A stretch of DNA of 64,000 bases from a virus (Duplodnaviria > Caudoviricetes): IMG/VR virus record IMGVR_UViG_3300008267_000012; one strand, written 5' to 3'. A model generated the notes under the pieces. That model searched no databases. It saw only the letters and a list, made by a program, of their open reading frames with translations, and was not told where the DNA came from. The stretch's first letter is position 1. Every line of letters starts with the position of its first letter. Shown one piece after another: positions 47,463 through 57,331 of this stretch. The translations under genes and the position numbers were made by a program.

Positions 47463-49220
47463 TTAGATAGTGTCTAACATAAATTCAGCAGGTGAAGCAG
47501 ATGGAAGACCATTTACTAACACTTTACCATAGAACCTGTTGTTAACGACTTTCTTCGCATAACGAGTCATGATACCCATTACAGGTTTGAAGTCAGCAGG
47601 GTTAATGGTTTTTGGCATAAGCATCAACGGAACGTATGGAGCGTAGATGTAACCTGCGTGGAAGATTGAATCTCCTTTGTGTCCAATAAGAACAACACCA
47701 GCAGGAGCATAAGCATCAACATATACTGTGTATCTGTTAGCAACTGAACCAACTTTCTCAATACCTAAAGAGAACTTAGTTTCTTCAGCAGAAGCATCAG
47801 AAGCATGGAAGTACTCAAGGTCATTAAGAACAGCAGCAACTTCAGGAGAACATACAACCCAGTTTGCACCACCACGAAGAGTGAATTTCATGATACGAGC
47901 AGAGATTTGATTAATCTTGGTAATCAACTCTTGGTTGTAATCCTTACGAGTGATTGCAATGTTGTTAGCAGCACTTTGGAATCTTCTATCATAGGCTGAG
48001 TAATCCCAATATTCAACATGTGAAGCAGACTTACGAAGGTCACGAAGGATTTCACGGTCAATTTCACCTGATACAACTTCAGAAAGAAGTGCAGTTAATT
48101 CAGCCTCAACATCAATTGAGTGGAATGCGTTAACATCTTGCTGAAGTTCAGGAGTGAAGGTAGCACCTAACATTCTCTTTTCAACAGAAACGTCAATAAA
48201 GTCAAATGTGAAAGTTACTTGTGGAATTTCAGCATCTTCTTCTAAAGAAGAGTATTCTTTCCATGAAGCAGTAAGGTTAGCAGCAGTAAATGAAACAGTA
48301 GACTTTAAACCTGTACCATTTGCAGCATAAGGATTATTTCCATATACAGTACCACCACTTAAAGGTGAATTAAGAATTAAGTCAACAAGAATGTAATCAG
48401 TTCCTTTAGCAACGATTTCTTTTGCATAAGCTTGCATTGGAAGTCTAAAAGGAATTGGGTCACCAGCTGCAATGATAGTAGAACCATCAGCCTGAGAAGT
48501 AAGTGCAGAAGATGCAGTAACTTTTAAGCTCATTAAAAATGATTCAGTATCAATGATTTGACCTGAAGGACCAGTTAATTTACCTTCGTTAGTAGTGCTA
48601 AATCCTGAGATTCTAATTAAACATCTCTGAGAACCACTTGCACTACCAGGAACACCTGAAATAATTGCAGCAGCAGCAATAGACCTGTTGGTAATTCTAC
48701 CTTTAGTTCTATCAAAAAGACCACCAACATCTTCAAAATCACTTCCTTGATTGTAGAAAGAATCATACAATGAAGTTTGCTGATATTGAGTACCAGCAAC
48801 TTTTACACCGTTAACATAGTTAGCAGCAGCATTGCTATACACACCATCAAATGCTGTGTGAGCAGTAGTACCAACTCTTGTAGAAATTTTAGGGTTAATG
48901 AAATACAAACGACCAATCGGCATGTTCATAGCCTGAACTGATACGATTTCGTTTGCAAGTAATTTTTGGAAAACACGTCTGATGATTGGAAACGCAACTG
49001 TTTCAAATGAACCTGAAGATGTAGCATCAGTTGATTCATTGATTAAGTAAGACGCTTGGTTCTCATACAATTGAGCAATGTTTTCTGCCATGTGACCTTC
49101 AAGGCCATCAAGCAAGCCGAACTGATTCCACTTTTCGGTAATCAATTCACGCTGTTCTCTAAGTTGTCTGTATTCTTGACCAACTTTTCCAGAGTTAAGG
49201 ATTTCGGTAATTCCGTACAT
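47463..49220 (-). CDS. gp23: Major capsid protein, T4 gp23-like
   Basis: KW...GLL, YENQ..YLINE|S, FPIIRRVF..LLANEIVSVQ.M..P.G, ELQQD.NAFHS.DVEAEL..LLSE...EIDREI, GYIYAPYVPL, MTRY. Confidence 0.95.
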   Translation of the reverse strand: MYGITEILNSGKVGQEYRQLREQRELITEKWNQFGLLDGLEGHMAENIAQLYENQASYLINESTDATSSGSFETVAFPIIRRVFQKLLANEIVSVQAMNMPIGRLYFINPKISTRVGTTAHTAFDGVYSNAAANYVNGVKVAGTQYQQTSLYDSFYNQGSDFEDVGGLFDRTKGRITNRSIAAAAIISGVPGSASGSQRCLIRISGFSTTNEGKLTGPSGQIIDTESFLMSLKVTASSALTSQADGSTIIAAGDPIPFRLPMQAYAKEIVAKGTDYILVDLILNSPLSGGTVYGNNPYAANGTGLKSTVSFTAANLTASWKEYSSLEEDAEIPQVTFTFDFIDVSVEKRMLGATFTPELQQDVNAFHSIDVEAELTALLSEVVSGEIDREILRDLRKSASHVEYWDYSAYDRRFQSAANNIAITRKDYNQELITKINQISARIMKFTLRGGANWVVCSPEVAAVLNDLEYFHASDASAEETKFSLGIEKVGSVANRYTVYVDAYAPAGVVLIGHKGDSIFHAGYIYAPYVPLMLMPKTINPADFKPVMGIMTRYAKKVVNNRFYGKVLVNGLPSASPAEFMLDTI

Positions 49221-49245
49221 AATTTTTTAATGTTTTTTAATTTAA

Positions 49246-49254
49246 TTTAAATAG
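49246..49254 (-). promoter_or_regulatory. Candidate late promoter CTATTTAAA (capsid)
   Basis: Motif 25 nt upstream of the MCP ATG. Confidence 0.6.
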
Positions 49255-49272
49255 TAAGATTTTTTCTGTTTT

Positions 49273-51285
49273 TTATTTTTTCTTACCAAAATTATAGTTA
49301 AGTAATTGTTTAAACCTATTAGATTCATCACTTTCATTGATTAAATCCTTTTCTTTGACAAGTGCATTGTCAGTTCTATGAATTTTACCAACTTTATTTT
49401 GTACTGATTCATTCAACATTGAACCATCTTTAACTGTTTGCCCTTTTGCAAACTCATTTGTTAGTGAAATATAGGTCTCTTTAATTTGTTCTTTTGTTTG
49501 TGCATTTGTAAAGCGATGAATAATTTGTAATTTTTCATTCTCTCTAAGAGGATGTTCAAGTAAAAACTTGTTTACAAATCCTGCTTTCAATGCACTAATT
49601 GTTACATCATAGACTTTATTCTCTAATGATTTAACTTTATTTGTAAAACCTTCATTTAAGGCTTTATTTTCTGCTTTAAGTTTTTTAACTTGCTCTTGTA
49701 AAGATTCAAATTCTTCATTTTCCATATCTTCTTCTGAAACAAGAGTAGGTTTTGAGCGTCTGTCAGGTCTTCCTTGAGCAGATTCATCAGCACCCATGTT
49801 TCTTGCTGATTTTTGGGTGCGACTATTAATAGCACTACTTTCTTCTAATTCATCTTCTTCTTTCATTGAATGTAACATTTCTTCAATTTCAGCTTCAGTT
49901 AAATTAGAATAATCTTCTTCCATTGGATAATCTTCTCTAGGGTCAACATCAATTTTCATTCCATCTTTATTTTTATTCATAAAAGTCATTGATTCACCAT
50001 CACCTTCTTCTTGAAGCATTTCATTCATTTCTTCAAGTTCTTCCATTGTCATTTCTTCAAACATTTCTTCAAGTTCAGATACAGATTTTTTTGGTTGCAT
50101 TCTATCCATACCACTTACTTCTTCAACATCGTGCATTGTTTCTTCAGCACCCATTTCAGCAAGCATTTCATTGATTTGCTCATCGGTTAATTCCATTTCA
50201 TTCATGTTCCAATTTTCATCATGCATTTCAACTTCATACATAATATCTTCATCTTGTGAGCCAAACATTTCTTCTTCTGAAGATGGATAATTTTTGATTA
50301 CAGTATCACGACCCATTTTTTCATAAGAATAACGACTACCATCAGGAGCATTTCTTACAGAAGGTTTTTCAGAATCCATAGAAGGATTACCTCCACGTCT
50401 ATATGAAATTTCATGACTCATTGGAGTTTCTTCATATTCTTCATCATATAAATCTTCATCCATCATTGAATGAAAACCTTCTTCATATGTATCATCTTCT
50501 TCCATATATTCATTTTCTTTAATGATGAAAGAATCATTATCACCCATATTATAATATGCTTCAACTAATTTATTAAAGCTTACATCTCTTAAATCTTTTA
50601 AAACTTGTTTTTTTGTATTTCTCATTTTAGTATTATTTCTTTTAAAATTTTCATTTATTTTTTGAAAGCTTTCTTCTTCTTCCCCTTCTTCCTCATCACT
50701 TGGTTCAGCTAAGACTTTATCATCAACATTGACATCAGAAAATTCATCATCATTTGATTCTTCATCACCAAATTCAATATCTTCTTCATCATCTGAATCA
50801 TCCATTTCTTCTTCATCAGAATCCATTTCTTCATCATCTGAATCATCCATTTCTTCTTCATCATCTGAATCTGCTTGAACTAATTTAAAACCATGTTCTT
50901 CTGCTGCTTTTCTTAAATCATCTAAAGACATTTCTTCTTCAGAATCTTCCATATTTTCTTCATCATCTGATTCTTCATCAGAGTCAACACCTTCTAAATC
51001 ATTAAGTTCACTTAAAATTTCATTAAGTGAAACTGATTCCTCAATAGATTCTTCCTTTTTTTCTTCTCCCTCTTTTTCTTTGGATTCTTCTTCTTTTTCT
51101 TTAGACTCTTCTACTTCTTCAACATCTTCACCTGCAATTATCTTTTCAAATAATGCAGCAGATTTTTTTTCAAGTAAATCAGCACTTTCATTAATCAGTT
51201 GTTCTTTGGCAAGTTCCAAAGATTCATTCTTGATATTTTCTAGTTCTTGCAAACTATCTTGTAATAAAGACTTTTTATTATTCAT
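49273..51285 (-). CDS. Prohead core scaffold protein, gp22-like
   Basis: 670 aa, extremely acidic with a coiled-coil C-terminus, located between the protease and MCP genes; many (L/I)xE sites. Confidence 0.75.
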   Translation of the reverse strand: MNNKKSLLQDSLQELENIKNESLELAKEQLINESADLLEKKSAALFEKIIAGEDVEEVEESKEKEEESKEKEGEEKKEESIEESVSLNEILSELNDLEGVDSDEESDDEENMEDSEEEMSLDDLRKAAEEHGFKLVQADSDDEEEMDDSDDEEMDSDEEEMDDSDDEEDIEFGDEESNDDEFSDVNVDDKVLAEPSDEEEGEEEESFQKINENFKRNNTKMRNTKKQVLKDLRDVSFNKLVEAYYNMGDNDSFIIKENEYMEEDDTYEEGFHSMMDEDLYDEEYEETPMSHEISYRRGGNPSMDSEKPSVRNAPDGSRYSYEKMGRDTVIKNYPSSEEEMFGSQDEDIMYEVEMHDENWNMNEMELTDEQINEMLAEMGAEETMHDVEEVSGMDRMQPKKSVSELEEMFEEMTMEELEEMNEMLQEEGDGESMTFMNKNKDGMKIDVDPREDYPMEEDYSNLTEAEIEEMLHSMKEEDELEESSAINSRTQKSARNMGADESAQGRPDRRSKPTLVSEEDMENEEFESLQEQVKKLKAENKALNEGFTNKVKSLENKVYDVTISALKAGFVNKFLLEHPLRENEKLQIIHRFTNAQTKEQIKETYISLTNEFAKGQTVKDGSMLNESVQNKVGKIHRTDNALVKEKDLINESDESNRFKQLLNYNFGKKK
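50781..50871 (-). repeat. Degenerate tandem repeat encoding (D)SDDEEEM units in the scaffold
   Basis: Repeated tcatctgaatcatccatttcttc units. Confidence 0.75.
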
Positions 51286-51320
51286 TTTATTTTATTATCT
51301 ATATTTAATTAGTAAAAAAA

Positions 51321-52022
51321 TTAATTCCCAATTATTTTTCTTATAGAATCATCATATTTTTTTACATTATTGTTTTGTATTACTACTGATTCTTGCAATG
51401 ATTGGTCTTTTGTTTCCAAAAATAGATAAGCGTTAGGTGTAGATGGTGTAGCAACTAAGTCAAAACAAATAAGTTCAAAATCATCTTGAACAATATTTTT
51501 TCCACCTACTTTTTTAACACTACCTAATCCTCTTGAAGAGATACCAAGTTTAAGATTTCTTTGTAAGTATAATGCAATTTTATCGCCAATACACCAACCA
51601 TGACCATCTCTCATGAATGAATCGCTAACGATAATATCAAGAGTTCCATATACTGCGTTACCTGACCACCATGTTTTGGCAATTCTGTGTGAAATGTTTT
51701 GTAAAGAAATTGTAACTGATTCAGGATGGTCTGCTTCATTAAGTGCTGCATAATCATTAATAAGTTTTTGATATTCGTCTATTTGCTTTGCTAATATTTC
51801 TCTTGGATAAACTCTTCCGTTACGATTTAAAACATCAGCTTCCTGAAGTTTACAATCAATATAGAAATGACCATCAAAATCATTTCTTCTAAATTTTGAA
51901 TTTAAATCTTCAAATATTTTTTTATTATTTGTGGTTAAATCATTTGAAATAAGACCTGCATCAGTTTCTACTAATAAACCATATCCTTCTTGTCCTTCTT
52001 TTAGTAGTTGTACTTCTTTCAT
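51321..52022 (-). CDS. gp21: Prohead core protease, gp21-like
   Basis: LQEADVLNRNGRVYP, ALNEADHP, LGISSRGLGS, DDFELICFDLV.TPST. Confidence 0.93.
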   Translation of the reverse strand: MKEVQLLKEGQEGYGLLVETDAGLISNDLTTNNKKIFEDLNSKFRRNDFDGHFYIDCKLQEADVLNRNGRVYPREILAKQIDEYQKLINDYAALNEADHPESVTISLQNISHRIAKTWWSGNAVYGTLDIIVSDSFMRDGHGWCIGDKIALYLQRNLKLGISSRGLGSVKKVGGKNIVQDDFELICFDLVATPSTPNAYLFLETKDQSLQESVVIQNNNVKKYDDSIRKIIGN

Positions 52023-52786
52023 TATTTGTTTGAGTTTAGATTTTTAATCTCAAAAAGTTTGGACAAATTATCAATTGCACTTTCAGATTCATATTCTAGT
52101 GTATCAATAAAATCAAATGTTTCTGTTAATACTTCTGAACTGATATTATCTTTTTCATTCAAAAGAAAATTCTTTGTTGATTTCTTATAACTTTCAAATA
52201 CAGTTTTTTTCTTTTTTTCATCACCTTTAATAAAGGTTGAGATAACTTCCACTTCATCAGGCTGAAGATTTGAAAATCTTTCTTCTAATTTCTTTTTAGC
52301 TAGATGAAAAATATGACTAACTTTAAACCCTTTATCAGTTTTTTCTAATTTTGCATCTTCTTTTTTAGTTAATGATTCAATTAAGAAATTTACTGATTCG
52401 TGTAATTTATTAACATTAGTTATTTTTTTATAAACGCTTTCATTAATAACATTTTCAATGTTCTGATTAAGTGTAATTTTATCTTCAGATAATTCTATTT
52501 CTTTTAAATCAAACTTTTGAAGTTTTTTATTTTCTTTTAGTAATTCGGTTTTGTCAATTTTTGATAAAGCTGAGATATTAGCCTCAATGAATCTTAATGA
52601 TTCATTATATTCAAGATTATGTTTTTTTAGATTCTCATAAATCGTATATTCTAACATTAGAATTGGAGATGATTTAATTGTTTTTAAAAACTCTTCATAT
52701 AGTTTTTTATACTTGCTAGTATTTTCAATTAAATCTTGAGAATATGCTTTATTTAATTTTGACTTGACATTACCAAAATTTACCAT
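52022..52786 (-). CDS. Hypothetical head-module protein
   Basis: 254-aa helical ORF between portal and protease; CTATTTATA motif at 52803-52811. Confidence 0.55.
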   Translation of the reverse strand: MVNFGNVKSKLNKAYSQDLIENTSKYKKLYEEFLKTIKSSPILMLEYTIYENLKKHNLEYNESLRFIEANISALSKIDKTELLKENKKLQKFDLKEIELSEDKITLNQNIENVINESVYKKITNVNKLHESVNFLIESLTKKEDAKLEKTDKGFKVSHIFHLAKKKLEERFSNLQPDEVEVISTFIKGDEKKKKTVFESYKKSTKNFLLNEKDNISSEVLTETFDFIDTLEYESESAIDNLSKLFEIKNLNSNK

Positions 52787-52820
52787 TTTTTTTAGTGTTT
52801 AATATAAATAGTATAAATTA

Positions 52821-54635
52821 TTATTCTTTTATTAATCTATCTAATTCCGCAGTCTTTTTAAATATTTCTTCACTTAAAAAACCAGCACCACCTGTAGCAC
52901 CACCACCACCTGCTTCAGCACCACCCATTGGAGGTGTACCACCGCCCATATCAGCACCGCCACCCATAGGAGGTGCGCCACCTCCCATATCAGCACCACC
53001 TAATCCACCACCAAGACTATTATCTAATTGTTGTTGTTCTGTATTAGCTTGTTGCCCTTGTGCATCGGCAACACTAAATCCTGCATTTTTATACTTAATC
53101 ATTTTATCCATTAATCCTGATGATTTAAGTAACATACCAGAACTCTTAACTTCTTCACCAATCTTAGATTCAAGCATTTGTTCTTGAAGGTCATTAATAA
53201 TATCTTCTTCAGACATATGGAAAAATTTCTTTTTACCCATAAGTTCTGACATTGGTTTTAATCCTGTATTTTGATTTGGTGTTGTAGCAGCTTGATATAC
53301 TTCTAATTTTGTTTTCCAAATTTCAAGTTGTAATAAGTCAGATGCTGTTGATGGGTTATTAAGAGATAATTTAAAATCATCAATATATGATTCATAATCA
53401 CCACCAAGCAATCCCAAATGTATAATAGCAATCTTATTAAGTTCACCAAGTAATGCTTGTTGAATACGATTTACTTTTCTTGCAAAACGAATATCAAGCA
53501 TTGATAAATTTTTACCTCCACCTTCACCTGTTGAATCAGATGAAAAACCAAGCAATGTTTTATGAATACCTAAACCTGTAAATAAATTATCACGAAGATA
53601 ATTAATATCAGATATTGCCTCAAGATTAGATGCACCTGGAAGTGTATCAACAAAATTACCCGATGTATTACCTCTGTCAGCAATGAAGATATCTTCATCC
53701 ATTGAAGCAATATTATATTTAAAGTTAATATCACCTGTCTTAGGGTCAACTAATTTCTTTTTCTTTACATTGTTAGCGAATGCTTCAAGAATTTGTGGAA
53801 CATCTTCAGGTGGAACATTACCAACAGGAACTTTATAAATTCTTCTTTCTGCTGCTCTTGTGATACGATACACCATCATAGCATCTTCCATCATAAAAAG
53901 TTGCTTATATGTTCTTCTTACTTTTTCATATACACTACAACCATATGGAAGTCTATCACCTGTACCCAATAATCTAAAGTGTGCAACTTGATAATCTAAA
54001 TATTCTTCTTCACCACCAGAATTTGGGTCTTTGTATTTAAAGAATGCTCTAAATCTATTTTTAGCATCATACTTTTCATTTCTTTCAACAAATTGTGATG
54101 CAAGTTGTCTAAAATCCACAATACCATTTTCTTTTGATAATTCTAAAAAAATAAAATTATCCCCATATTGGCACATATTTCTACACCAATAAAATATATT
54201 TGTATTGATATCCATAACTTTATAAAAGAATCTTTCAAGTTCTTTTTTAACTTTATCAGATGAACAATAAATATTTAAAATTTGTCCTGTATCACTTTTA
54301 GTTGTTGTTGCTTCTTCAGATAATAAATCTAATGCTGCACCTAAAATTGGATACCCATCCATTGATAAATAATCATAGTAGAGCATCATTCTACTAGATT
54401 CATACATCAATTTACGTTGGTCGTTACCCTTATCAATTTTGGTGCTTTGAGTTCTATAAAACTTTATCGCACCATCTTCCACAGCTTTTTTTGTAGCTTC
54501 TTCTTGAGAAGCAGCAGTAATAAATTCTTTTTGAACAGGTGCTTCATATCTACCTTGTGTGCTATCCAAAGCATCAGTTGCTCTTCTAAAGAAAGTATTA
54601 ATGTTTGAAAATAAGCCTTTATTATCTTCTGCCAT
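52821..54635 (-). CDS. gp20: Portal protein, gp20-like
   Basis: EDAM.VYRITRA.ERRIYKVPVGN.P, MDEDIFI, VDTLPGA.NL..I.DI.Y, DIRFAR; Gly/Met/Pro-rich tail. Confidence 0.95.
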   Translation of the reverse strand: MAEDNKGLFSNINTFFRRATDALDSTQGRYEAPVQKEFITAASQEEATKKAVEDGAIKFYRTQSTKIDKGNDQRKLMYESSRMMLYYDYLSMDGYPILGAALDLLSEEATTTKSDTGQILNIYCSSDKVKKELERFFYKVMDINTNIFYWCRNMCQYGDNFIFLELSKENGIVDFRQLASQFVERNEKYDAKNRFRAFFKYKDPNSGGEEEYLDYQVAHFRLLGTGDRLPYGCSVYEKVRRTYKQLFMMEDAMMVYRITRAAERRIYKVPVGNVPPEDVPQILEAFANNVKKKKLVDPKTGDINFKYNIASMDEDIFIADRGNTSGNFVDTLPGASNLEAISDINYLRDNLFTGLGIHKTLLGFSSDSTGEGGGKNLSMLDIRFARKVNRIQQALLGELNKIAIIHLGLLGGDYESYIDDFKLSLNNPSTASDLLQLEIWKTKLEVYQAATTPNQNTGLKPMSELMGKKKFFHMSEEDIINDLQEQMLESKIGEEVKSSGMLLKSSGLMDKMIKYKNAGFSVADAQGQQANTEQQQLDNSLGGGLGGADMGGGAPPMGGGADMGGGTPPMGGAEAGGGGATGGAGFLSEEIFKKTAELDRLIKE

Positions 54636-54655
54636 AATTAATAAAATACGTTTTT

Positions 54656-54664
54656 CTTAAATAG
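54656..54664 (-). promoter_or_regulatory. Candidate late promoter CTATTTAAG (portal)
   Basis: Motif 20 nt upstream of the portal ATG. Confidence 0.6.
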
Positions 54665-54675
54665 ATATAAATATT

Positions 54676-56454
54676 TTATCTGACAAATATGTAAGGATTA
54701 TTATTAATCTTTGGTGTTTGACGTTCAGGTACATCTATACTATTACCATTTGTATACCAATCCTTTCCTTTAAGCATGTCATTCTTTCTTTCATAGTTTG
54801 CATCTTGACCATCTTGACTTAACATTTTCTTTTGGAATTCAGTACTTGCATCAGTAAATTCATCACCTTTTCTTACTATTGCTGATTTAGCATAATTCAA
54901 ATAAATATTGAATTCATTCCCAATTGTTTTAGAAAACATATATACAGCAAATAACATACCTGTTGCAATCAACAAGTCATCGTGTGCTGAACGCATGTGG
55001 TCATATCTATTTGTATTATCATTAAATACAAATGTCTTGATTTCACTAAGTAATCTAATTGAGTGAATTAATGCTTCACCCTCTCTTAATCTTCTTTCAA
55101 ATTCTCTAATAACATAATCACGAATAGCACCACTCTTCATTGTGAAACCTGGCTGTAACTCACCTCTTTGTAAATTCTTTAATTGAATTTTTACATCGTT
55201 TTGTCTTGGTCTATCGTAATGTATTTTTTTATATTTATTATTTACCAAATATCTAATAACTGATATACCCCAACCCCCTGTAACATCTATAATTACATAT
55301 GCATTATTATACTTTTGACCATATTGTAAACATAACTCACCCATTACTTCAAGTGGAACTCTTGATTGATATTCCGCTACTTGAACAAGTAACATGTTTA
55401 CAGCATCATTTTTAAATATTTGAATTGTAGAATAGTCACCATCACCACTACCTTTTGCAACGTCACAAGATAAATAATAATCATATCCAAATATTGGGTC
55501 TTCCCATATCCAAAAATTATTATCATATTCAGTTCTAATTGGTTCTTTACAAGTTTTTTCAATTCTCATAATGGTTTCCTCATCAACAAGGTTACCACCT
55601 GAACCCAAGAATTTATTTTCTAATTCTTGTGCAATTTTTCTTGGGTCATTGTTAAAGGTTTGACACATATCCCTAAACCAAGAAGATGATGGTCTATAAC
55701 CACCAACTCTTAATTGCATATATTTTTCAGGGTCTTTTTCTTCAACAAATTCATCACCTCTAATCCAAATCAAATCTTCATTGTAACGAGGGTCTTCAAA
55801 CCAATTGATTTCAACAACTTTAAAGTTATTCTTACCTGTTCTTGCCCCTTCATAACGAGCATAATATGTTGGGTCAAGACCTCTTGGTGTAGAGTTTAAT
55901 ATAATCTGACCACCTGCTGACATTGTACCTGATGCAGATGACATAAATTCTTCACCTTCTTCAAGGAACGCTGCTTCATCTATAAATAATATATCAGGTG
56001 TAAATCCCCTTAGACCATCGGCAGATGCTGCGAAAGCCTGTAGTGTTGCGCCATTGTTATAAATCTTAATCTCTTTTGTATCTGAATCAGTTGGTATTCT
56101 ACCAAATATTTCTCTTGGTAGATTATTAATAATGGATGCAATCTGATAGAAGATACTTTCCTTTGCAAGTTTTAATTTGTTAGCTGCAACACCAACTTTA
56201 ATATCCTTTCTAAAAACAATTGAATGTGCTAAATAAAGACAAGTCACAGTAGTAATGCCACCCTGACGATATTTTGCAACTAAAACTCTGTTACTTTCTT
56301 TGTATGTTTCTAATACTTGACTTTGTTGTGGCAATAATTGAAAAGAAACATACTGTTGTTTTTTCTTATCCCAAACTTTACAATATTTTCTTGCAAAGTA
56401 CTCTATATCAATAGCGCACTTGGCATACTCCATCATTAACTCATTTTTAGTCAT
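54676..56454 (-). CDS. terL: Terminase large subunit, gp17-like
   Basis: KYRQGGITT (Walker A), LFIDEAAF (Walker B), STPRG, LSCDVAKG.G.GDYS, HDDLL nuclease motifs. Confidence 0.95.
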   Translation of the reverse strand: MTKNELMMEYAKCAIDIEYFARKYCKVWDKKKQQYVSFQLLPQQSQVLETYKESNRVLVAKYRQGGITTVTCLYLAHSIVFRKDIKVGVAANKLKLAKESIFYQIASIINNLPREIFGRIPTDSDTKEIKIYNNGATLQAFAASADGLRGFTPDILFIDEAAFLEEGEEFMSSASGTMSAGGQIILNSTPRGLDPTYYARYEGARTGKNNFKVVEINWFEDPRYNEDLIWIRGDEFVEEKDPEKYMQLRVGGYRPSSSWFRDMCQTFNNDPRKIAQELENKFLGSGGNLVDEETIMRIEKTCKEPIRTEYDNNFWIWEDPIFGYDYYLSCDVAKGSGDGDYSTIQIFKNDAVNMLLVQVAEYQSRVPLEVMGELCLQYGQKYNNAYVIIDVTGGWGISVIRYLVNNKYKKIHYDRPRQNDVKIQLKNLQRGELQPGFTMKSGAIRDYVIREFERRLREGEALIHSIRLLSEIKTFVFNDNTNRYDHMRSAHDDLLIATGMLFAVYMFSKTIGNEFNIYLNYAKSAIVRKGDEFTDASTEFQKKMLSQDGQDANYERKNDMLKGKDWYTNGNSIDVPERQTPKINNNPYIFVR

Positions 56455-56469
56455 GGGATTTTATCTTAA

Positions 56470-56907
56470 TTAGTCCTCAAACTTGATATCATTGTTTCTT
56501 AATACCTCACGAACATCATAATATGAATCGCCATATCTAAAAACAACAAGACTTTTGTTTAATGAAGACATCTTTCTATAATCCTCAACATATTCCCAAG
56601 CAAGAGCAACAACACCAAATACTGCATCAAGCATTCTAAATTCTGAAGAATCCACAATACAATCAAATTCAATTGAATCTGATGTAACTTCCATTACCTT
56701 TTTAATGAATCCCTTTCTTGGTGGATATACACCTAAGTCACATACATCTTCCCATTGAGGACCAATACAATCATCAGGATTATTTGAAAAAATAAATTCT
56801 AATTTTTGTGAACCATTATGAGTTTCACCGACAGGATTTACATAAACTAATTTTAAATCACTTTCTTGAACCTTAATAGGTTCAATATTAATATATTCTT
56901 TTTCCAT
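56470..56907 (-). CDS. Hypothetical protein
   Basis: 145-aa ORF directly upstream of terL. Confidence 0.55.
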   Translation of the reverse strand: MEKEYINIEPIKVQESDLKLVYVNPVGETHNGSQKLEFIFSNNPDDCIGPQWEDVCDLGVYPPRKGFIKKVMEVTSDSIEFDCIVDSSEFRMLDAVFGVVALAWEYVEDYRKMSSLNKSLVVFRYGDSYYDVREVLRNNDIKFED

Positions 56908-56919
56908 AAATAATAATAA

Positions 56920-57330
56920 TTAAGATTTCTTTTCTAAGAATCTAGTAAAGAAATCATCTAATTTCTTAGTGTGTTCATTTAAGTTTTGAAGCGTTGCTTC
57001 TAATTTAGTAATAGCTTCTGTATTTTTTTGAATCATTAACTGAAACTTATCATTATTTTCTTTTTCAGAATCAAACAATTCATCAATTAAATTAGTCATC
57101 TTAGTATCAGAATTTTCTAATATTGCAATCCTTGTTTTAATTTCACTAATATCTTCGGCTATCTTATCAAAACTTGTTTTTTGATTTTTTTTATCTTCTT
57201 CTAAACTATTAATTTTATTTTGTAATACAGGTATTACAAAAACATAAGTTAAAATAGTACCAACTATTGCTGACAATGCAGCAAAAATTATTTGTGTACT
57301 TGGTACTATTTGTAAAAGAATTAAAAACAT
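56920..57330 (-). CDS. Membrane-anchored coiled-coil protein (possible lysis function)
   Basis: N-terminal TM (IIFAALSAIVGTILTYVFVIPVL) followed by a long coiled coil. Confidence 0.45.
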   Translation of the reverse strand: MFLILLQIVPSTQIIFAALSAIVGTILTYVFVIPVLQNKINSLEEDKKNQKTSFDKIAEDISEIKTRIAILENSDTKMTNLIDELFDSEKENNDKFQLMIQKNTEAITKLEATLQNLNEHTKKLDDFFTRFLEKKS

Positions 57331-57331
57331 A

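Noticed and set aside
52795-53187. 130-aa Pro-rich plus-strand ORF
   Set aside because: It is the antisense reading of the Gly-rich portal tail (GGN codons give Pro on the other strand).
29107-56454. Inteins or group I introns in nrdA, terL, portal or MCP
   Set aside because: All are continuous ORFs of ordinary length with no LAGLIDADG/HNH insert or intein terminal motifs. The nrdB break is a loss of sequence, not an insertion.
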